A stretch of 64,000 bases of DNA, from the NCBI GenBank assembly GCA_963749595.1, contig CAVVNJ010000003.1:25532-89531 (forward strand). Direction: 5' to 3'. Source of the DNA: Candidatus Woesebacteria bacterium. GTDB taxonomy: Bacteria > Patescibacteriota > Microgenomatia > UBA1400 > UBA1396. Positions 57,835-64,000 of this stretch are shown here, piece after piece (position 1 is the stretch's first letter; every line of letters starts with the position of its first letter). A program made the position numbers and the translations under genes. The notes under the pieces were generated by a model. The model was not told where the DNA came from. It made no database searches and was given only the letters and a program-made list of their open reading frames with translations.

Positions 57835-59979
57835 ATGGCTGCGATACCGACTGTTACTCTGGAACTGCGGACCCCCCGCTCGGCTGAACAGACGGCGGAG
57901 GCAATGATCCAATTCTTTACCGCTCTCCCCTCCCCGCCCCGCGGCGTGATGGGTTTTTGGCGCCAGGCTCCGGCGATTACTTTGGAGTTTTTGAACCAGG
58001 GGCAAATGACCTACTGTTTGGCTTCCGTCCCGGTCAACTTATCCGACTATTTGCAAAGTCAGTTGGCAGCCGCCTATCCCGAGATTTTAATAAAACCCTT
58101 AGCCCACAACCCGCTGGAAGAATTTCGCGAATCAAAACCCAAAGACGGTGGTGAGTTAAAATTTTCGGCCGCGAGTTATTTCCCCTTGCGCACTTTTCGC
58201 GATTATAAGGAATCCGACCCGTTGGCTTCGGTGCTGTCGGCACTGTCAAAACTAAGCGAGGGCGAGACGGCAATGATTCAGTTGACGATCCGCAAAACGA
58301 GGGAGCGTTGGAAGCAAACCGCCCATTCTGCCCGCCAAAATTCCCCAGCCGGCTCCTCTGCTCTGGGTTTGCCGCACCAGGAGATAATCAACCGCAAGCT
58401 CGGTCAGACTTCCCTGGCCTTTCGCCTGCGGTTGCTCGTCCAAGCCGCCGACCAAGCGCGGGCGAAACAAATTACCGAGTCGTTGGCCACCGCCTATGGC
58501 GCCTTTCAATCAGAAACGAACAGCTTGATTTTCCGTCGCCCGCGCTTGCGCCGGGAAAAATTTCTCAGTGAGATTGTAGAACGACGCATTGGTCGGGCCA
58601 CCAATCACTTGTCTCTGGACGAAGCGGCCTCGCTTTTCCACTTGCCCAATAAGACCCTCTCCCCGATTAAAAATATTGCTTGGGGTAAAAATCTCCTCGG
58701 TGAGCCGCCGGAAAATTTGCCCACCTTCACCCAGACTAGCGAGTCGGAACGCCAACACCTGAATCTATTTTCCAAAGTCGAGTTTAAGAATCAGGAACAA
58801 ATCTTTGGCTTGAAGCGCACCGACCGGGCGCGTCACACCTACATTGTTGGTAAAAGCGGTACCGGTAAGTCGACTCTCTTGGCGAATATGATCATTAACG
58901 ATTTGAAACACAACGAGGGCTTGGCCGTAGTTGACCCACATGGCGACTTGATCGAAACGATACTCGACTATATTCCGAAACACCGTATTAATGACGTGAT
59001 TGTTTTTGATCCGGCCGATCCGCACGCCGTGGTTAAGCTGAATTTGTTTGAAGGCGGTTCGGAAGTTTATCGCGAGCTGGTAGCGTCCGGAATTGTGGCA
59101 ATTTTTCAAAAGATGTATGCCAAATCCTGGGGACCGCGCTTGGAGTATATTTTGCGCAACACGTTGCTGACGTTGTTAGACCGGCAAGCCAAGTTGGAGG
59201 ACGTGTTGCGCTTGCTCACCGATGAGCGATACCGGGAAAAGGTGGTGAGCGAGATGGACGATCAAGTTTTGAAAAACTTTTGGTTGGCTGAGTTTAACCA
59301 GATGCAGCCAAAACTGCGGACCGAATCGATTTCGCCGATTCTCAACAAGGTAGGTCAATTCGTCACCTCGCCGCTGATTCGCAACGTGGTGAATACGACC
59401 ACTAGCTCGTTTGACATCGAGGAAATCATGAATCAGGGCAAGATCTTGTTGGTTAACGTTTCTCAAGGCAAGCTGGGTGAGGATAACGCGGCGCTGCTGG
59501 GAGCAATGATTATTACCAAGATCCAGCTGGCGGCGATGAATCGCGTTTATCTGCCGGAAGAGCAGCGCCGCGACTTCTACCTTTACATTGACGAGTTTCA
59601 GAATTTTGCTACCACCTCGTTTATCAAAATCTTGTCGGAAGCGCGTAAGTACCGGCTGAATCTGATTTTGGCCAACCAGTACATTGCCCAGATACCGGAG
59701 GAAGTGCGGGCGGCCATTTTCGGCAACGCTGGCAACCTAATCAGTTTCATCGTTGGGGCGGATGACGCGACGCATTTGCAAAAAGAGTTTAACGGCAAAT
59801 ATACCCAAGAGGATCTGGTGTCTCTGGGACGCTACCAAATTATTTGTAAGTTGTTGATTGATGGTCAGGTTTCCCAGCCTTTTCCGGCCACGACGCTGCC
59901 CTTGGCCGGCTCAACTAACCAGAATCGGGAGAAAGTACTCCAAGTTTCCCGCGAGCGTTATGCCCGCAAGCGCACCTGA
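57835..59979 (+). CDS. TraD/TraG/VirD4-like (type IV coupling protein-like, FtsK/HerA superfamily) ATPase without TM segments
   Basis: Walker A is VGKSGTGKSTLL, followed by VVDPHGD. Walker B is FYLYIDEFQNF. The TraG-D_C-like region is YRLNLILANQYIAQIPEEVRAAIFGNAGNLISFIVGADDATHL. The N-terminal ~320 aa are of unknown fold. Confidence 0.7.
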   Translation: MAAIPTVTLELRTPRSAEQTAEAMIQFFTALPSPPRGVMGFWRQAPAITLEFLNQGQMTYCLASVPVNLSDYLQSQLAAAYPEILIKPLAHNPLEEFRESKPKDGGELKFSAASYFPLRTFRDYKESDPLASVLSALSKLSEGETAMIQLTIRKTRERWKQTAHSARQNSPAGSSALGLPHQEIINRKLGQTSLAFRLRLLVQAADQARAKQITESLATAYGAFQSETNSLIFRRPRLRREKFLSEIVERRIGRATNHLSLDEAASLFHLPNKTLSPIKNIAWGKNLLGEPPENLPTFTQTSESERQHLNLFSKVEFKNQEQIFGLKRTDRARHTYIVGKSGTGKSTLLANMIINDLKHNEGLAVVDPHGDLIETILDYIPKHRINDVIVFDPADPHAVVKLNLFEGGSEVYRELVASGIVAIFQKMYAKSWGPRLEYILRNTLLTLLDRQAKLEDVLRLLTDERYREKVVSEMDDQVLKNFWLAEFNQMQPKLRTESISPILNKVGQFVTSPLIRNVVNTTTSSFDIEEIMNQGKILLVNVSQGKLGEDNAALLGAMIITKIQLAAMNRVYLPEEQRRDFYLYIDEFQNFATTSFIKILSEARKYRLNLILANQYIAQIPEEVRAAIFGNAGNLISFIVGADDATHLQKEFNGKYTQEDLVSLGRYQIICKLLIDGQVSQPFPATTLPLAGSTNQNREKVLQVSRERYARKRT

Positions 59980-59990
59980 ACGGCGCCCGC

Positions 59991-60057
59991 CCAAGGTTCC
60001 CTGGCTAAGGTTAAACCTTCCAGAGGTGAAAAATACCTCGGTTAATCCCTAAGAACG
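59991..60057 (+). repeat. Gene-end repeat module, copy c
   Basis: ccaaggttccctgg + ctaaggttaaaccttccagaggtga (60005-60029) + ctcggttaatccctaagaacg (60037-60057), directly after the ATPase stop. Confidence 0.7.
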
Positions 60058-60061
60058 TTTT

Positions 60062-60085
60062 CGGCCGGGGCTTGCGCCCCGGCCG
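60062..60085. terminator. GC-rich hairpin between convergent genes (non-canonical: no 3' U-tract on either strand)
   Basis: cggccggggc-ttgc-gccccggccg forms a 10-bp perfect stem. Confidence 0.45.
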
Positions 60086-60100
60086 GTTGAAAAGTTGGAA

Positions 60101-60391
60101 CTACTTCGGCTTGTTCGGGATTGAACCCGACAAGCCATTCTGGCCGCTCCGGCCTCCCTCGACTGCGGTTTCCCGCGTTTCAGGGGTAGCGCTGATTTCC
60201 GGCAGGTCTTTCGACTCGCCAGTCACCTGCGCAGGCGGCTCAGGGACGCGTTCGATGGCCGGCTGATCCAGCGTGGGCTGGTCGGCCACCGGGGCGTCAC
60301 TGACGAACGAATCGATCACGGCGCGGGCCACGACCACCAGGGTGATCAGGACAACGACGATGCAAACGATGCGTACGATCTTGCGGTTCAT
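60101..60391 (-). CDS. Small membrane-anchored protein with Pro/Glu-rich tail
   Basis: MNRKIVRIVCIVVVLITLVVVARAV forms a TM anchor. SD aggag precedes the ATG at 60391. Confidence 0.55.
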   Translation of the reverse strand: MNRKIVRIVCIVVVLITLVVVARAVIDSFVSDAPVADQPTLDQPAIERVPEPPAQVTGESKDLPEISATPETRETAVEGGRSGQNGLSGSIPNKPK

Positions 60392-60624
60392 GGAATTTCT
60401 CCTGATAGTTATCATTACGATAGTTTCAAAACCTCTCACGAGGCTTTCAGTAGGTTGTCGCCCACTGAGAGCCCCGCGAATGTTTCGGACAGGAGCTGTA
60501 TTGTTCCAACTTGTTCAAGTTCGAGACCAGCTAACAAGGACGGGGCCGCAGTGGCCGAGCATTATTGGCAAGCCTCCTCTGTCTGCCAGTGGCAGTCAAA
60601 GTAAGCGTAATTATAGGATCATTA

Positions 60625-61302
60625 TTATGGGTTGTCAAGGACCAGCCTGGTCAGGCAGAGAGCCGGGGTTACATTAGCCTGCAGTCCTTCGAGTGCTACC
60701 AGGGCATTCTGCCTCAGTCGAATCCCCCACTTCGTGCCCGGAATGGGTTCCCGCAGGGCCTCAGCGAGGAGTGGCTTAAGGTTTTCCCGGTCTTTGGGCA
60801 AACTCTCGATAGAGCGAAGACGGGCCGTCAAATCTTCCGCCTTGGCCAGTTCCAAAAACCAGCTGTGTTGGGTAGTCTTTAATTCACCGGGCAAACTCTG
60901 CACCAGGCAGCGGGAGCGAATGGTTTCTGGTAAGCTGCCGGCCGAGCGGGCCAACAAAACCAGTTTGACCTTTTCCGGCGGTTCTTCCAAAAGTTTTAGC
61001 AACGATTGTTGGGCCGGCAGCGACAGGCTATCGGCTGGGGCAATTAGTATCAACCGCTCTCGGCCGGTTAGTGATCTCGTCGATAGGAGGGAAAACAGAT
61101 TGCGAATTTGCTCAATGGCAATCGCGGTCTTCTCATCTTCCGGCTGAATCACTAAGACGTCCGGATCGGTTTCCACCGAACGGCCAAAAAAGTTGGCTGC
61201 CTCCCCTGTTCTAGTCAGTGGTTGATCGGCGACCAATATCCACGACTGAAATTCGCCCAGCGAGCTAGTTCCGGAATCATCTTTTTGGACATAACCAGTC
61301 AT
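60625..61302 (-). CDS. holB: DNA polymerase III delta-prime-like subunit (no P-loop)
   Basis: PAQQSLLKLLEEPPEKVKLVLL and LPETIRSRC. Confidence 0.7.
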   Translation of the reverse strand: MTGYVQKDDSGTSSLGEFQSWILVADQPLTRTGEAANFFGRSVETDPDVLVIQPEDEKTAIAIEQIRNLFSLLSTRSLTGRERLILIAPADSLSLPAQQSLLKLLEEPPEKVKLVLLARSAGSLPETIRSRCLVQSLPGELKTTQHSWFLELAKAEDLTARLRSIESLPKDRENLKPLLAEALREPIPGTKWGIRLRQNALVALEGLQANVTPALCLTRLVLDNP

Positions 61303-62390
61303 TACTTTCCCGCTTTTTGCAGTTCGTCCTTGAAAAAGTCGACCGTCGGAATCGGGGTAGGGTCAATGCTTTCCAACATTGCCAGGTAGAAATTGACGTA
61401 CGCCCCGAAAGTAATCACCTCAAATACCTGTTCCAGACGACTCTCCCCCTCCAAGCGGATGGGCATCACCTCAGCTCCGGCATCCTCGATTACCGTTTGG
61501 GTAATCGGAATCCGTTTTTGAGTGCGCGGGTGGTAAAGGTTGGAGTTAAAGACCAGGAAGTAAAGCCAGGTATCCAGTTCTTCCGGAAACCTGAGGCCTT
61601 CCATCAGATGGTGATTGAGCTCTGGTACGACCCGATATTCGGCGTAGCTCTTGGCGTTTTCGTTGAGCTGGTTCTGGAAAACATGCAGCGCTCCCTCAAG
61701 ATGTTCGGCGCCAATCAGCACCGGAATGCGGCGAATAATCTGGAAAGCCGCCTGTTTAGCTTGGTTTTTTTCTTGTTCTACGTCAACGTCGATTTCCTTG
61801 GCCGTGCGCCGGATGGCCGCCACGATACCGTTAATTTCTGCGTCGGTTAACTTTAATAAGCCAGCCTTGGTCAGGAGCGCAATGATGCCGAAAACCGAGT
61901 AACCAATAGCCATGCGTGGCTGGTTAGAAGGGTTGTACTGCGCCACAATCTGGTAATAACTCGCCCCTTCTTTTTTCAGGAAGTCGAGCAGCGCCCCACC
62001 GGTAGTGATGCCCAGAATTTGAGCGCCGCGTTTTTTGGCTTCTTCACTGGCCGCCAGGGTTTCCTCGGTGGAACCGGAATAGCTGGACAGGATTACCAGC
62101 GAATTTTCATTCACGTAGCCGGGTAAGGTGTAGTCATTGACGACCTCGATCGGTACCGGCAACTCAGCTTTCAAGGCGCGCTTAATCACGTCCGGACCCA
62201 GGGCGGACCCGCCCATGCCGGAACAGACGATGTTCCGCACGCGACCGGCGTCAATCTTGACGTCGATTTTCTGCACCTGGTCCCAGGCGTCCTCAACCTG
62301 GTTGGCCAGGGCTTGAACGGAACCTAAAACGTTGCTACGATCGAGTTTTTTAATTTCGTCTAGGTTGTCAAGAAAAGATTGGTTAGACAT
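61302..62390 (-). CDS. pgi: SIS-domain bifunctional phosphoglucose/phosphomannose isomerase-like protein
   Basis: CSGMGGSALGPDVIK, VILSSYSGSTEETL and two SIS-like halves. The start ATG at 62390 abuts the upstream stop. Confidence 0.7.
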   Translation of the reverse strand: MSNQSFLDNLDEIKKLDRSNVLGSVQALANQVEDAWDQVQKIDVKIDAGRVRNIVCSGMGGSALGPDVIKRALKAELPVPIEVVNDYTLPGYVNENSLVILSSYSGSTEETLAASEEAKKRGAQILGITTGGALLDFLKKEGASYYQIVAQYNPSNQPRMAIGYSVFGIIALLTKAGLLKLTDAEINGIVAAIRRTAKEIDVDVEQEKNQAKQAAFQIIRRIPVLIGAEHLEGALHVFQNQLNENAKSYAEYRVVPELNHHLMEGLRFPEELDTWLYFLVFNSNLYHPRTQKRIPITQTVIEDAGAEVMPIRLEGESRLEQVFEVITFGAYVNFYLAMLESIDPTPIPTVDFFKDELQKAGK

Positions 62391-62391
62391 A

Positions 62392-63771
62392 TTATTCAAA
62401 GCTCCTCTTGCCGCCGCGACTTTCAATGAACGCGACTAGTTCCTGTAGATGTTGATCCAGGATCGTTTGGCTGTTAGCCTCCACGTTCAGACGAAGAACC
62501 GGTTGGGTGTTCGATGGGCGAACATTGCACCACCAGTCGGAAAACCAAACCGTCACCCCATCTAGCCAGTCAACAGATTGAGCCTTAGCTTGGTATTGCT
62601 GCTCGATAGCCTTCATAATTCCGTCTTTATCTTCAACCGCGAAGTTAATTTCCGGGCTAGAGGGATAAAGGTCAAACTCCGCGACCACCTCCGACATTTT
62701 TTTGCCTGTTTGCGAGACATACTCCAGGGCAAAAAGGAAAGCGACCAATCCGCTGTCAGTCCCAAAGAAATCGCGGAAAAAGTAATGGCCAGAATGTTCT
62801 CCGGCAAAAACGGCGTTCAGTTCGCGCATTTTGCGCTTGATCGGCGAATGTCCAACGCGAACACGAACGGCTTTGCCGCCGCCATTTTCAATTACTTCCG
62901 GCACTACCCGTCCACAGATGGCGTTATACAAAAGGGTTGCGCCGGGATTTTTCTTGAGAATTTGTTTGGCAACCATGGCAGTGGTAATGGTGCCGGAAAT
63001 GAAATTACCCATCTCGTCCATCAAAAACATGCGATCACCGTCGCCGTCGAAGAGACCTCCGAGATCATATTTGCCCGGACTTTGTTTTAGTCTTTCACGC
63101 GCCATTTTTTGTCCGTCCTCGATGAGAGGATTAGCCAAGTGATTGGGAAAGTTGCCATCCAACTCAAAGAACATCGGATCGACTTTGATCGGCAAATGTT
63201 TTTGGACCAGCTGAATAATCAGCCCTCCCATACCGTTGCCAGCATCGACCAAGACGCTCAGTGGTTTTATCGTCGCTATGTCGATCAGTGAAACGGCATA
63301 AGCGACAAATTTTTCCATGACATCAGGAATTTTAGTGAGGGTACCAGGTTGCGCGGCGGGGGCAAAGATTTGCTCCGATAAGACGACATCGCGCAGGGGG
63401 TAAATGCCGCTCTCCCCGTCCATGGCCTCCCCACCGCGCAAAGTAACTTTTAATCCGTTATAGCGCGGTGGATTATGGCTGGCGGTAATCTGGATAACGT
63501 AATCGACGTCGTAAGTGCCGGACGCGAAATAGGAGGCGTCAGTGGAAATTAGGCCTAGATCAACCACGTTTGCGCCCATCTTCAGTAGCTCTTCGATGAT
63601 CGCCTGACTAAGTAGTTCACCGCTGACCCGCATGTCATGACCAACGCCGACGGTCTTAGGCTGAAACTTGTAAGCGAAGGCTTGAGCAATACGCCGCACC
63701 CCCTCCTCGTCCAGTTCCTCCCCGATTTCGGCCCGGATGTCATACTCCTTGAAGATTTTGGGATTAATCAT
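62392..63771 (-). CDS. Phosphomannomutase/phosphoglucomutase
   Basis: IFKEYDIRA, the active-site loop ITASHNPPRYNGLKV, FDGDGDRMF and GEHSGHYFF. SD ggagggg precedes the ATG at 63771. Confidence 0.9.
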   Translation of the reverse strand: MINPKIFKEYDIRAEIGEELDEEGVRRIAQAFAYKFQPKTVGVGHDMRVSGELLSQAIIEELLKMGANVVDLGLISTDASYFASGTYDVDYVIQITASHNPPRYNGLKVTLRGGEAMDGESGIYPLRDVVLSEQIFAPAAQPGTLTKIPDVMEKFVAYAVSLIDIATIKPLSVLVDAGNGMGGLIIQLVQKHLPIKVDPMFFELDGNFPNHLANPLIEDGQKMARERLKQSPGKYDLGGLFDGDGDRMFLMDEMGNFISGTITTAMVAKQILKKNPGATLLYNAICGRVVPEVIENGGGKAVRVRVGHSPIKRKMRELNAVFAGEHSGHYFFRDFFGTDSGLVAFLFALEYVSQTGKKMSEVVAEFDLYPSSPEINFAVEDKDGIMKAIEQQYQAKAQSVDWLDGVTVWFSDWWCNVRPSNTQPVLRLNVEANSQTILDQHLQELVAFIESRGGKRSFE

Positions 63772-63793
63772 GTGTTCCCCTCCGTGAGTGGAG

Positions 63794-64000
63794 CTAATCG
63801 TAAAGACTGGCCAGCAGAATGTCAAATTGCTGAGACCAGGTCAGGCGCGTCTTGCCTGATTTTATCTCCAACTCCAGTTCAAATAAACCACGGATAAATC
63901 GCTGCATTTCCGCGAGCGTCCAAGCCGCCGATTGCTTTTTCCACTTGGGAATTTGGAACGGAGCTCCGCCTGGAGTGATACCGGCTTTAGTTTGTAATAA
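63794..64000 (-). CDS. 3' end of a gene running off the right edge (possibly DNA polymerase III delta, holA)
   Basis: The open frame reads ...AWTLAEMQRFIRGLFELELEIKSGKTRLTWSQQFDILLASLYD*. The function guess is weak. Confidence 0.3.
   Translation of the reverse strand, partial: LLQTKAGITPGGAPFQIPKWKKQSAAWTLAEMQRFIRGLFELELEIKSGKTRLTWSQQFDILLASLYD

Noticed and set aside
60062-60085. Strong GC hairpin as a canonical rho-independent terminator
   Set aside because: It is kept as a low-confidence feature only. Neither strand has a U-tract 3' of the stem, so it does not meet the classical definition.

Overview
This 64-kb chromosomal window has compact, mostly housekeeping gene content. It carries replication and topology genes (dprA, topA, dnaB, gyrB, gyrA, holB), translation genes (rpsB, tsf, frr, rpsU, rpmE, prfA, proS, one tRNA-Leu) and nucleotide metabolism genes (dcd, dut, tmk, pyrH, prs, ppa). 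It also has envelope and lipoprotein processing (lgt, lspA, rseP, GH3, an LCP-like protein) and tRNA modification (rluD, queA, tgt). TGA is used as a stop codon, so the standard bacterial code applies. The small proteins, many short secreted or membrane proteins of unknown function and an archaeal-type ProRS fit a reduced, CPR/Patescibacteria-like genome, but that placement is inference only. I found no rRNA, CRISPR array, transposase or phage structural gene.

The outstanding feature is a 9.7-kb block (32877-42580) of twelve tandem, same-strand, strongly diverged paralogs. Their core aligns to type I phosphoribosyltransferases of the HGPRT type, but with a degenerate PRPP loop. The block sits between divergent queA and tgt. 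I know of no described system with this organisation.

Secondary observations:
- A nested-palindrome mini-insert lies in frame inside queA, with related copies in lspA and upstream of rpsU.
- Two intergenic elements bounded by inverted repeats have related ends. One carries a ribbon-helix-helix gene next to a soluble TraD/VirD4-like ATPase.
- A dispersed 13-bp palindrome module sits at gene ends.
- A 20-bp palindrome is shared by two loci.
- A dif-like 11-6-11 site plus extra half-sites lies upstream of a Xer-type recombinase, inside a 1.3-kb gene-free gap that also holds two perfect DnaA-box 9-mers.
- A candidate T-box leader precedes proS.
- Many genes have a -10 hexamer 6-8 nt before the start codon, suggesting leaderless mRNAs.

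Several essential genes (topA, dcd, dut, rpsB, tsf, gyrA, ppa, dprA) have broken reading frames, in three clusters. This most likely reflects local sequence errors rather than biology.
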